Positions 12,242-23,413 are shown, counted from the first letter of the whole stretch. The stretch is 63,917 bases of DNA, filler included, from Octopus bimaculoides (GCF_001194135.2; 10 parts of 10 records of this genome joined end to end with filler, not necessarily neighbours in it); one strand, 5' to 3'. Translations and numbers: made by a program. The notes: generated from the letters alone by a model not told the origin.

Positions 12242-13531
12242 CAGGGTGCGGTGAATAAATTGTCTAAAATACGCAACAAAAGTGAAAATAACACTGACAT
12301 CTCATTTTAACAGATATATTTCCCAAAATTACATAAAAATATCTTCAAATACTAAAAAGTAAATTTATCCAATAAAATCGCCATTGGCTTCAACCACAGT
12401 CTCCAGACGACTTCGGAATCTCCTGCAACTCTTCTGGATAGTCTCCTTGTTTAAGTTGGTGAATGCTGCCATAATCCTTGCCTTCAGTCCATAAGGAGTT
12501 TTATTGGTCTCTCGCTCAACTGTACCCTACACAAAATAATCAAGAGGGTTGCGGTCTGGGGAGTTAGGTAGCCAGATGTTAGGGTTGATGTGGTCGCAGA
12601 AATTGTCTGACAGCCATGACTGGGGTTCTCCTGCTCGTGTGGCATGGTGCAGAGTCCTGTTGTCAGATATACAGTCATACAGCAGCCATCCTCTTGACCC
12701 AGGGCAGCTCCACCTCCTCCAGACACTTGATGTAGGCCTCCATGTTGAGTCTGAGGCCATGTGGGAAGATGAATGGAGGCATAACGTTGCCATCACTAGT
12801 GATCACTCTAAACACCAAGATGTTGACTGGAGGTTTGATTATTGACACTATCGGTACATGTTTTGGGGACACAGCATACCAACGGTTGCTCTGTATGTTC
12901 ACCATCTGATCCCGGCAGAAATTTTTCTCGTCTGAGAAAAACCAAGGCACGTTCAGTTGGAGGAGATGCTTGAGTTTATTCAAAAGCTTCGTTGCGCGGT
13001 CTTTCCTCTTGTCCTTGGCGGCTTGGGATAAAAATTGGCCCTTTCTCATCTTGTATGAGGAATACCGAATGTCTTCATGCATTACCTGCCTGATAAGATA
13101 CTCTGATACTCCCATGTCTCTGGCGATGGACCTGATTGACTTCAAGGGATCATTGTCAATCATGACCTGGATCTCACCAACAAATTTAGGAGTTCTTTTC
13201 TTAGCAGAACGATCAGAGAGAGTTTCCGAGCTGCCCTACCTTCGCAATCCCCATTAGACTCATCCAACTCTTTCCCAATCCTCTGCACTGTCCTCAGATT
13301 GACACCCAAATATTGAAATGCACGTAGGGAGCTTCCGGCGTGAATGCCAAGCAGTACAGCATGTCGTTTCCAAATTTCTGGAAGAGTGAATTGGGTTATG
13401 GTGCTGTTTTTTCTCACAGACGGTGCTTAACTGACCATACTATACTATTTAGTCGACAAAATCCAAAATAAACAATGCGCATACGTGTAATTAAGAATAT
13501 AAAATGGCGACAATTTACCGATCGCACGCTG
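12242..13531 (-). mobile_element. Full-length decayed Tc1/mariner element, maT (DD37D) family, 1290 bp
   Basis: TA TSDs (12240-41, 13532-33); imperfect TIRs CAGGGTGCGGTGAATAAATTGTC and CAGCGTGCGATCGGTAAATTGTC; WFFSDEK, QQDSAPCH and WLPNSPDRNPLDY motifs; 37 residues between D2 and D3 after correcting one +1 frameshift; stops and frameshifts present. Confidence 0.92.
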
Positions 13532-13611
13532 TATACATACGTATGTACGTCTCTACAGACGCACACACATATACATATGAATATGCAGACGGACATGTAT
13601 GCATGCATGAC

Positions 13612-13683
<72 letters not shown>

Positions 13684-14435
13684 TCTTTTATATATATATA
13701 TATATATANNNNNNNNNNNNNNNNNNNNNNNNNNNNNNNNNNNNNNNNNNNNNNNNNNNNNNNNNNNNNNNNNNNNNNNNNNNNNNNNNNNNNNNNNNNN
13801 NNNNNNNNNNNNNNNNNNNNNNNNNNNNNNNNNNNNNNNNNNNNNNNNNNNNNNNNNNNNNNNNNNNNNNNNNNNNNTATATATCAAAAGTTTAACAAAA
13901 ACACAACAAATGGAAAATTTTACAAAAACATAGCAAACAAAATTCGTAGCTAATTCCTCGTCAGTCAACGTCCAAAATTTCCTTACAATTTCGCCCCCTT
14001 ATACATATATTTCATGATTAAATAAAAAGACAACAAACAGAAAATATGACATACCTGTATATATGTAATATATAAATATAACAATTTTAAAAACGTGTAG
14101 AAAACAAACATACGAATATATACTAAATACACAGACGAACGGAAAACATAGGTCACCAGTTCCTCTTCATTTATCGGCCAGGTCAAGCGCAATTTCGGCC
14201 ATTATCGATGATATTACTTCCACACTGGAGGCACCAACAAGAAACTCGCCGGGAATAGGACCAAAACATAACAAGACAATAAACCGAATAAAAGCTTAGG
14301 GCCACACGAAGACAACAATTAAAATGATAATAATACATATACAGCAAAAAAAAGCCTGAGGGCCGCAAGACAGGACAGAAATGGGTAACGCGAAGGGGAA
14401 ATGAAGCACTGTGCTATACATACTTACATATGTAT

Positions 14436-14477
<42 letters not shown>

Positions 14478-14577
14478 NNNNNNNNNNNNNNNNNNNNNNN
14501 NNNNNNNNNNNNNNNNNNNNNTTAATTAATTAANNNNNNNNNNNNNNNNNNNNNNNNNNNNNNNNNNNNNNNNNNNN
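14478..14577. other. Artificial scaffold join (44N-TTAATTAATTAA-44N)
   Basis: Identical 100-bp structure occurs 9 times; six-frame stop linker. Confidence 0.97.
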
Positions 14578-16080
14578 ACACACACACACACACACACACA
14601 CATGCACGCACATGAATGAAGTCGATTCAATATTGAGTGTAACCGTGTCATGTTAATGAATGTTAACTTCTTGGCCCAGCTTATGGTCTGCAGCTTTTAC
14701 CAAGGCTGTCACATAGAGATATCTCGTATGGGCTAAATGCAACATTCAGATTTGTGTCTTCTCAGACCAACCAACAAAATCAATCGTGTTACATGATAAG
14801 CAGAAATGCTAATTTATGAACTCATTTTGGTTTCTTTATGCTTGAATGGCTAGCAACACCAGCTATACACAAATATGGCTTATGGAGACTTGTAGGGTTT
14901 TCTTTTTCTATCTTATTTTAATTTCGTGTTTATTGCAACTCACTTCAAAATGCAGGAAAACATTCAGTAGAGTCTTTTTCCTTGTGATTCCATATTAACT
15001 GCATTAGTTTCCCAACTTATAACATGAATATTACTTTTCCTCAGAGAAATTTTATGGCAATCCTTGAAACTTCAAACACACAGACACACACAGACACACA
15101 CACACACAAATGTACCNNNNNNNNNNAACTTCAAACACACAGACACACACAGACACACACACACACAAATGTACCAGGTAGATTGAAGAGAAGCCAGGCA
15201 ATGGGTTTATTTAGCAAGGGAAGTGTAGTGGTGATTCAAAACGGAACCACTTGGTAAACGGTCATGTACCATGGCCAAACCACAGGTGATTAAGTCCATT
15301 AAGCAACCAATCAGCATCAAGCCATCGCATGATTCAATCTTCTAGAACCTTCTCTTTGCGCCTGATAAAAAGGCTTCTTATTGGCAGTAATTGTAGATTG
15401 TTGTGATAGCTGCATGATGTGTCTCCATTCTTGCCACAGCTGACGATTCAAGGAGATGGTTAAGACAGATGGCAGACAGATGAGAGGAATCTCCATTGCC
15501 ATGAGCATAACACAATTGTTTGCTGTTATGTTGGGTAAGCGACATGTTGCTGTATCAGTAATCTGTTTGCTGTAAACTCCAAGCAGTATATCTATCTCTC
15601 CTAGTATGCCATTATTGCTGTTGTTGTTATTTCTAAAAGACCAACACAGTTTGACTCTATGAGCAATAATGAAATCTGCTAGATGTTCATGGGTGTTATT
15701 CAGTTTCTTCTTCACACAGCCCAAGAAACTCATTTTCATTTATCCACTCAACCAGTCATCATTACAGAACATTTGACAACACCACAATTCAAGTGAGAGA
15801 GAAAAAAAAAAAAAATTCCTGTGTGCTCTACAGTGCATCAGAGAAACTTGGNNNNNNNNNNAAAAAAAAAAAAATTCCTGTGTGCTCTACAGTGCATCAG
15901 AGAAACTTGGAAGGTGAGTATAAATGGATAAAAGTGCACTTGCGCTTAACAATTCTGTACAGAATGAAATGTAAATTGCTCTTATGAAAGGCTACTAAAT
16001 TCTGAGAAATGTGTGGACTCAAAAGAGAGACCAGTTTTCTAAGCTGACAGCTGTGTAATAGATAAAGCAATTAAGAATAT

Positions 16081-17385
16081 GAAGACAGGGAAGGCCCTTC
16101 ATCCATCAGGAATTATTGTAGAGATGTTGGAAATAATTAGCAAAGTGGAATACAGCTTAGTCACCCATATCGTCAATGTAGCTGTAAATGAGATGACTTA
16201 AATAGAAGTAATTACAGAAGTATTAAATTGCTAGACTAGTTAATGAAATTACAGAAAGTGCCATATCTGAACTGATTAGGAAATAGCCTCAATAGCATGT
16301 CTGCGCCCCTAGTGGGGAAGACATGCTATTGAAGTTCTCTTTCAAGTAAGGTAACTGCAGGAGAAGTATTTAAATAAGTAAACTGCTATGCTGAAGAAAN
16401 NNNNNNNNNNNNNNNNNNNNNNNNNNNNNNNNNNNNNNNNNCAGAAGCTAGGAACATATGAATGGTTAGTGAGAGCTGCTCAAGCCATGTACAAGAGTAT
16501 TGTTAGTAAGGTTAGAGTTAGCAGTGTGGACAGCAATGAATTTAGTGTGTGGCTAAAATTTCACCAGGTTTTGATTATCAGTTCCCTACTATTTACCAAT
16601 GCCCACCTGGTCATAACTGAGGGAAATCGTTATGGAGTTCCTTCTGGGAACTCCTCTATGCAGATGATCTTGTTAGAAAAGAAATTCTAGGTGTGAAAGT
16701 AAGATCCAGAATCAAAGGGCTTTAAAGTTAACTTGGCAAAAGATTGAAGTTCTAGTAAGTACTAAATTACATAGAACATGGCCCTGTTTGATATGGAGAA
16801 AAGGTGTATGAAGACACTCCATACAGTGAGCCCAATGCAAACTATGGGCACATCATAGGTGAAATGGAATCACAGACATATTAGCAAAGAAATTCAATCC
16901 TGTNNNNNNNNNNNNNNNNNNNNNNNNNNNNNNNNNNNNNNNNNNNNAAAAAAAAATAGATTCTCTTCAATGCCCAAGAGGTTCCCTAGCAATAGAAGAT
17001 AGTTTCTTGATAACCTAAATGGTAGTGGTGGAGAACGTTCTGAAATCACGGTTGTTAGAATAAGAACTGGCTTGAGAAAGTCTAGAGAGCTATTACTTCT
17101 GTTGGTAATTAAAGCCTTTCTCATGGAATGAAAAGCAAAATTTATGAGGCTTGAGCATAAAAAACAATGCTACATNNNNNNNNNNAAACTAGAAAGAAAT
17201 GAGGTTAACATGTCCCACATGAGATGCAAAGTCTGTATGAAAGTATGACAAATTGCAAATTAAATGTGTTTAGAGAAAAACGGCATAACAAGGTATAAGG
17301 TGTAATGTGAGAGAGGAAAGATTATGCTGGTATAGTTGACAGCAGCGTAAAGATGGGCCAATAACTAAATGTGCATAGAAGATGG
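16081..17385 (+). mobile_element. Old RTE-clade LINE, reverse transcriptase region, heavily decayed
   Basis: KAxxPSGIxxEML motif at 16090; KLGTYEWLVRAAQAMY; FHQ; LYADDL at 16654-16671; continues after the nested insert at 18213-18300 (RPMKMWD). Confidence 0.88.
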
Positions 17386-18204
17386 GAGACCTGGGCTGAG
17401 GTGGTGAGGCAAGACCTTCGTACACTGGGCCTCNNNNNNNNNNNNNNNNNNNNNNNNNNNNNNNNNNNNNNNNNNNNNNNNNNNNNNNNNNNNNNNNNNN
17501 NNNNNNNNNNNNNNNNNNNNNNNNNNNNNNNNNNNNNNNNNNNNNNNNNNNNNNNNNNNNNNNNNNNNNNNNNNNNNNNNNNNNNNNNNNNNNNNNNNNN
17601 NNNNNNNNNNNNNNNNNNNNNNNNNNNNNNNNNNNNNNNNNNNNNNNNNNNNNNNNNNNNNNNNNNNNNNNNNNNNNNNNNNNNNNNNNNNNNNNNNNNN
17701 NNNNNNNNNNNNNNNNNNNNNNNNNNNNNNNNNNNNNNNNNNNNNNNNNNNNNNNNNNNNNNNNNNNNNNNNNNNNNNNNNNNNNNNNNNNNNNNNNNNN
17801 NNNNNNNNNNNNNNNNNNNNNNNNNNNNNNNNNNNNNNNNNNNNNNNNNNNNNNNNNNNNNNNNNNNNNNNNNNNNNNNNNNNNNNNNNNNNNNNNNNNN
17901 NNNNNNNNNNNNNNNNNNNNNNNNNNNNNNNNNNNNNNNNNNNNNNNNNNNNNNNNNNNNNNNNNNNNNNNNNNNNNNNNNNNNNNNNNNNNNNNNNNNN
18001 NNNNNNNNNNNNNNNNNNNNNNNNNNNNNNNNNNNNNNNNNNNNNNNNNNNNNNNNNNNNNNNNNNNNNNNNNNNNNNNNNNNNNNNNNNNNNNNNNNNN
18101 NNNNNNNNNNNNNNNNNNNNNNNNNNNNNNNNNNNNNNNNNNNNNNNNNNNNNNNNNNNNNNNNNNNNNNNNNNNNNNNNNNGACGTTAAACGATGATGA
18201 TGAT
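17386..18204 (+). mobile_element. 5'-truncated younger RTE 3' end, mostly hidden by a gap, with (GAT)n tail
   Basis: Starts TWAEVVRQDLRTLGL; ends GACGTTAAACGATGATGATGAT; flanked by the direct repeat GAAGATGG (17378-85 and 18205-12). Confidence 0.7.
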
Positions 18205-18329
18205 GAAGATGGAGACCCATGAAGATGTGGGACAAAGAAAGACCAGCCTCAGAATGTTGAGTCTCTTGGGAAAGATGATAAATGACCAAGATAATTGTTG
18301 AACCCATTGTACTTATTATGACTTGTCCA

Positions 18330-18990
18330 TTTTATCAGAAAATGAGGTCCTAAAAGGCATATTATACTTTTATGCCTCCATTCCCAATCTGTGTCAAACT
18401 TGCCCCACAACTCATTTTCCTAAATTTCATTCCAAAGTCACTCATTTAACTGTAGCTTTATTTACTCAACTANNNNNNNNNNATTTCATTCCAAAGTCAC
18501 TCATTTAACTGTAGCTTTATTTACTCAACTACTACAATTATTTGAGAGCAGAACTGCAAATATTTCATCCTGCTGTGTACTACCAGTTACCCTTCTCCTT
18601 GGAACCATTTCCTTTCAGCTCCCATCCCATATTCCCAATATCATCCCTTACCATTTTATTCTCTACTAAATATTCACTTCCTCCGAACAAACTCTCAAAT
18701 CTGCCCTCACTGATCCACCACCACCTTTCTCTCAACCCCTTCTTCACATCATTTTATTTCTCATTTATCNNNNNNNNNNAAATTTATAAAACTATTATTC
18801 TCCAGACACCATTTTATACTGCCACATATCACCTCCTCTTCCTTGACCTCGTTTTCCTTCCACCTTATCCCCCTAAACTGATATACACCATTGACAAAGA
18901 CTCCATCTGTGTTCATCTTTCATTGCATTCACCTCTATATCCATCTCTTTACACACACTCATGAACTTACCTATGTCTCTTTCTTGACCG
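18330..18990 (-). mobile_element. Decayed LINE fragment, probably RTE-like, opposite orientation
   Basis: Purine-rich coding-like minus strand with a remnant GATGAAATATTTGCAGTTCTGC resembling the DAIFAVRQL region of RT; frames are broken. Confidence 0.45.
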
Positions 18991-19000
18991 ATTATCCCTA

Positions 19001-19100
19001 NNNNNNNNNNNNNNNNNNNNNNNNNNNNNNNNNNNNNNNNNNNNTTAATTAATTAANNNNNNNNNNNNNNNNNNNNNNNNNNNNNNNNNNNNNNNNNNNN
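19001..19100. other. Artificial scaffold join (44N-TTAATTAATTAA-44N)
   Basis: Same 100-bp linker. Confidence 0.97.
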
Positions 19101-19118
19101 ATAAGAAAGTGGGTTATT

Positions 19119-19316
19119 GCAGCTCAGCGGGCTGCGTGTTCGAATCACGTCGGGGGTCACCAGTATAGGAAAGTTAGTTATACATCATTAGATGTACACC
19201 TGACTTTCCTATATAAAATTAAAAAAATATATAACGGAACGCTGAACTCCAGACTATCAACTTAAACAACATTTATTCAGGTGGTAAATATATACATCTT
19301 TAGCTCTTGTTGTTAC
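19119..19316 (-). mobile_element. Probable Gypsy-type LTR (about 19163-19316) with tRNA-Trp primer-binding site (19145-19162) and extended tRNA match
   Basis: Minus strand: TGTAACAACAAG start, AATAAA, then TGGTGACCCCCGACGTGATTCGAACACGCAGCC, complementary to the tRNA-Trp 3' end including CCA. Confidence 0.65.
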
Positions 19317-19559
19317 AGCTCTTCTATGTGTGTGAGCATAGTTGTTGGGACGTTGTTATGTAGATGTAAGCGAGCTGTCGAGTGTAAGTCCGAAAGATGG
19401 AGAGTGACAACTAAACACGTCCATGCTCTATTGCTGGCCATCAAGAAAGAGAATGAATTGAGCGGGAACGCTTGGTTGTTTAATTCCACGCATGCGTGAG
19501 ACTACGCATGCGCACGGCGTTACTACAACTGCTTTCACAATGGTCTTAGAGAAAGAGGT

Positions 19560-20520
19560 TTTAAAATGCCGTACACATCTTATACATCAAATTCTGGCAT
19601 GCAATTGGCCGGTAGTTTTTGCCATGTGGGTAGTTCTGCATTTGGGGATCAGTTTTGTCTCTGCCAGAGCTAACCAGTGCGGTATGCTACTGTTCCCTTT
19701 GAGAATTTACTGGTAAGGTTGATAATATATGGTAGCAGAGATGTTTTCGTCGAGGTTGTTTAGGCTTAAATACCTGGATATCGACTCCACAGGCATTTTC
19801 ATTCCAGCAGGTCCTGATCTCTATAAGAACGGTAGTTCTCGACTGCTCTAGGTCTTTGGCATACGCCACTGACTACATGCAACTCGTCTCTGACAACGAT
19901 GTATCTGACACCAGCCAGTCTCCACTTTCACCTCCACCAGACGTCTACTGACATCGTTGCTGTTTGAACACCACACGACCAACAGACCAACGGCTGCCTC
20001 TACACATCACCAAACAGTACGTCAACTTTGTCTACAATATCAACAGTCCAGCCTAACTACGAAATCTCTCACACATCCTTGTTGTAACCTGTTATATGTA
20101 ATTTATTTCATGTATGGCAATCATTGTATTTTATAACGGAGAATAAATCGTTGCTTACCAGTTCCTTTTCATCTCACGTCGTGTATCATTACGGGATGAT
20201 AGAGCGTTTACACCGTCAATTGAAAGCAGCTCTACGCGCTTATCTCGAGTCAGATGCTTGGTTAGAAGTATTGCTAATTGTTTTATTGGAGCTTCGATCA
20301 GTAGTCAAGGAAGTCTTGGGTTTTTCACCTGCGGAATTACTTTATGGCGCCCTTCTTATTTTACCTGGACAGAGGTCACAAATACAACTGCACTTTATCG
20401 AAATTTTGATCCAGCAGATTATGCTCATCGTTTGCAAAAATACATAATGGAATAACCCCGTTTGGTAACCAGGTCACAATCAAATCTTTTGTTCCACCGG
20501 ACATTCAGAAAAACACTCAA
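19560..20520 (+). mobile_element. Internally deleted Gypsy LTR-retrotransposon relic (weak gag remnant plus integrase C-terminal part)
   Basis: 20193-20372 translates GMIERLHRQLKAALRAYLESDAWLEVLLIVLLELRSVVKEVLGFSPAELLYGALLILPGQ (integrase catalytic Glu region); FW..W-F-A-H-V-like gag remnant near 19590 is weak. Confidence 0.75.
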
Positions 20521-20524
20521 TGTA

Positions 20525-20635
20525 AACAGTTTGAAACTTCGTATACTGGTAGAATTTCTCACCCAGAACAGTTTACTTTGAACATTTTTGACAAAATTTC
20601 GTATTTTAGAAGTTATTTGTGTTAAAGTTGTCGTA
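20525..20635 (+). mobile_element. Fragment of the foldback family seen at 22080-22692
   Basis: TTTGAAACTTCGTATACTGGTAGAAT and AGTTATTTGTGTTAAAGTTGTCGTA match the TIR arms of that element. Confidence 0.7.
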
Positions 20636-21329
20636 GAACAACTTCCGGGTCATCTCTACTAAATGTCACCACTCTGTTCTATTCGTATGTCGAACGAAGA
20701 CGATGCTATCTTTATCCTTTCTTCCTTTCTAGTCAGCACCCTGCATTCCTTACTTTTCCCTCCCTACTGGCGTGCTTTTCTTTGCTTGTAACAATTATTG
20801 TGAATTTTTGCTACACTATATTTCATGTTTTCTTTCGCGAGAATCTCACAGGTTCCAGGGTGACATAACGAGACTAATTTCATAATTGCATGTTTTAGAC
20901 TTAAGTAATCCAAAAAAGGCTCCGCGCGTAAGTCTCTAATGATTGGTCATGCGACTGGTCATGTGATGTTGAAATATTTGGTTGAGTCCGGCATTTGGAT
21001 TGGTCTTGTTTTACACGGGATACGGAACTCGTATCCGAACGGGAGCCGGGGAGAGGACTCGGAAAATTCACACGATCAATCTCACAGGATCTGAAAACTC
21101 AACGTTAACACCCGGTCACAAAAATGAAAAAAAAAATAGTGTAATAGGTTCGCTGGCGAACGGGGGTGGGTGGGAGTGAGAGGACTCGGAACATTCCCGA
21201 TGTGAATTTCCCGAGTGCTCTCACCCCCCCCCCCCCCCGTCCGCCAGTAAAGAAAACAGTATCCCACGTGTTGGCAGCGGGCTCCTCAGGAAGCACGTTT
21301 TTCTTGATGACCTCCCATACAACCCCCAA

Positions 21330-21565
21330 ATTGGCCGGACTAGCATACCTCAAAGAAGAGCTGGATGTGAAACGCTCAACATACCGAAATTACCATATTT
21401 CCCGAAGACTTGAAGAGGACAATAACATTGACATGAAGCATAGCCTTTCTTGGACTCGTGGCTACTACATCACGTCACACTCCGAAGGTTATGCATTTGC
21501 AATTCAAGAACAGGAGATTACTACGAAATACCTAATAAACAAAAGATACTGTGAAACTCTTTGAA
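21330..21565 (+). mobile_element. R4/Dong-like (RLE) non-LTR retrotransposon fragment, region before the zinc knuckle
   Basis: LEEDNNIDMKHSLSWTRGYYITSHSEGYAFAIQEQEITTKYLINKR resembles the ETEGxxxAxQDQ motif of the R4 clade. Confidence 0.75.
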
Positions 21566-22079
21566 TTCCAAGACGCAACCGAAAATATAGATTATGTCAT
21601 TTAAGCAAATTACTTGGTATGATCCACCGCATAATTTAGTAGTTGCCTCTCTCGTAACAAAATATTATTTCTCGCTCCCTCAGTATAGTTATATATAATA
21701 GCAGTTATGAAATAATTAAAATTTACTGATTCTAACATCTACCATAGTTTGTAAATGCACATTGATTGTAATTAACAATCAGTTATTCTCTGAGGTAATA
21801 AACGAAAAGGTTTATATTTCAAGGTTATACGTTTTAAATAATTGTACAGTTATATATTTTCCTGAGTTTTATGTATCTCACTTTTAACTATATGTAATTT
21901 TATCTATACCCATATAAAAATTCTGATACCAGATTATGGTTTAAATGCTAGCGTTCCTTATTCATTAAGATAGAAGAAAATAAAAACCAAATGCACCATG
22001 ATTTAGTGAATGTGAGCACTAACTTATCGTTACATTTCTTTGCTCTTTGGGTGTTGCCAAATATCCTCATAAAAATTGT

Positions 22080-22692
22080 GGATCTTGTTCAAAACGGGGG
22101 CACCAGTATTTTCTCAGTATTTTCTTAACGAAACACTTTGAAACTTGGGACACTGGTAGAATGTGTCATATAAAACATCTTTTACTCTTAGTCTTCTTAA
22201 CAAAAAAACTTACATCGCAAGTTATTTCATGTTAAAGTTGTCGTATTTCTGTAATTTCAACCAATCACTGACGTCTATTCAGCTGAATAGAGTTACTGCT
22301 GGCCGGTCATAAAAATGTTATTCCCTGTGACATATTTCATCCGGTTTAATCGTAATTTATACGCATATATTGTTTATATAATAAATTACGTTGTGCGTAT
22401 CTATGTGTGTAACAATTTTAGAGTTCGGATTCTAGAGTTAGGGTTAGGGTTAGGGTTAGGGGATTAATACGATATACACCGTTACAGCGCTAACTGTTTT
22501 CAACTGAATCAGTGATTAGTAGAAATTATCGAAATAAGACAATTTTTTACATGAAATAAATTCGAATAAAATTTTTTTTTTCTGTTCTATAACACAAAAT
22601 AGATAAGTATACGAAGTTTGAAAGTCTTTCGGTACCAAAAACACTACATAAAACATAAATGAAAACTGGTGCCCCCGTTTTGAACAAGATCC
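22080..22692. mobile_element. Non-autonomous foldback/MITE DNA transposon, 613 bp, TIRs of about 200 bp, 8-bp TSD, internal (TTAGGG)n
   Basis: Perfect 28-bp termini GGATCTTGTTCAAAACGGGGGCACCAGT; TSD AAAATTGT at 22072-79 and 22693-700; telomeric repeat 22437-22463. Confidence 0.9.
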
Positions 22693-23109
22693 AAAATTGT
22701 TAAATGTTGTTTAGGTGGGGTTCGATGGGGTAGGTTTGCTGAAATAAATAAGTTCAGTTGCTCTGAGAAGTAACTTTTCAACTAGGTTTAGAGTTTGGTG
22801 AAGTAATTGTAATGGCCAGCGAAAAGTGTCAGTACGGTGACCTTGGTGAAATTCGTGTACCGCGCTGATAAAAAGTGTTCTAACATATTTTGGGTAGTGC
22901 TTACCATAAATATAAGTTAAAAGAATTACGGAAGTACGATAAGATAACCAAACCTAGATGGTATGAATTTTTACCCAAACAAAATTAAAGGTTAAAATTC
23001 CTTTCTTTCTTTGTTTTAAAAAAATTATTTTTGAAGATTCCAGAGCTACTCCAGTTATGAAAATAATTTACAAAATTACAAATACCTCATACACACTGCA
23101 TCAACTATG

Positions 23110-23390
23110 TGGTATGACGTCAGTGTCTGAGGAGGCTGACCGGAAGGGCGAGTCGACCGGAAGGAGAAAAAGGGCAGAGGGAGCCTCGATCGGCATTCGT
23201 GCCCCTTTTTCGAACGGGGCTGCGGTCAGGACAAGACGTGTTAAGCGACGGTCTAGGTTTGGGAAGGTTTGGGAGAAGCAGCTGCTATTCCTGGTGTACT
23301 TTGGGTCGAGGCAAACTTCAAGGATCGGATACCGCAAGACGGACTCGCAGTCGAGGAAAGGAAAACCGAGGTAAGGCGATTACATCTACT
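23110..23390. other. GC/CpG-rich coding-like block of unknown origin (possibly an L1/Tx1 ORF fragment)
   Basis: Long open frames on both strands and abrupt compositional change; no motif recognised with confidence. Confidence 0.3.
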
Positions 23391-23413
23391 CGTACGCACA
23401 CACCACAAACTAA

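Noticed and set aside
14522-14533. Recurrent palindrome TTAATTAATTAA (also at 19045, 23458, 33512, 42689, 51506, 56663, 59660, 62205) as a CRISPR-like or regulatory repeat
   Set aside because: It is always centred in exactly 44 N on each side, so it is a six-frame stop linker added during assembly
15068-15176. Direct duplications of 13-50 bp flanking 10-N gaps (also at 15805-15910, 18425-18530, 52779-52815)
   Set aside because: This is the signature of unmerged overlapping contig ends, not tandem duplication or TSD
20530-20560. SYTG read as the Gypsy integrase PYxGPF motif
   Set aside because: The same bases match the TIR arm of the 22080 foldback family better
22437-22463. True telomere or chromosome fusion site
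   Set aside because: Only about 4 units, and internal to a TIR element with TSDs
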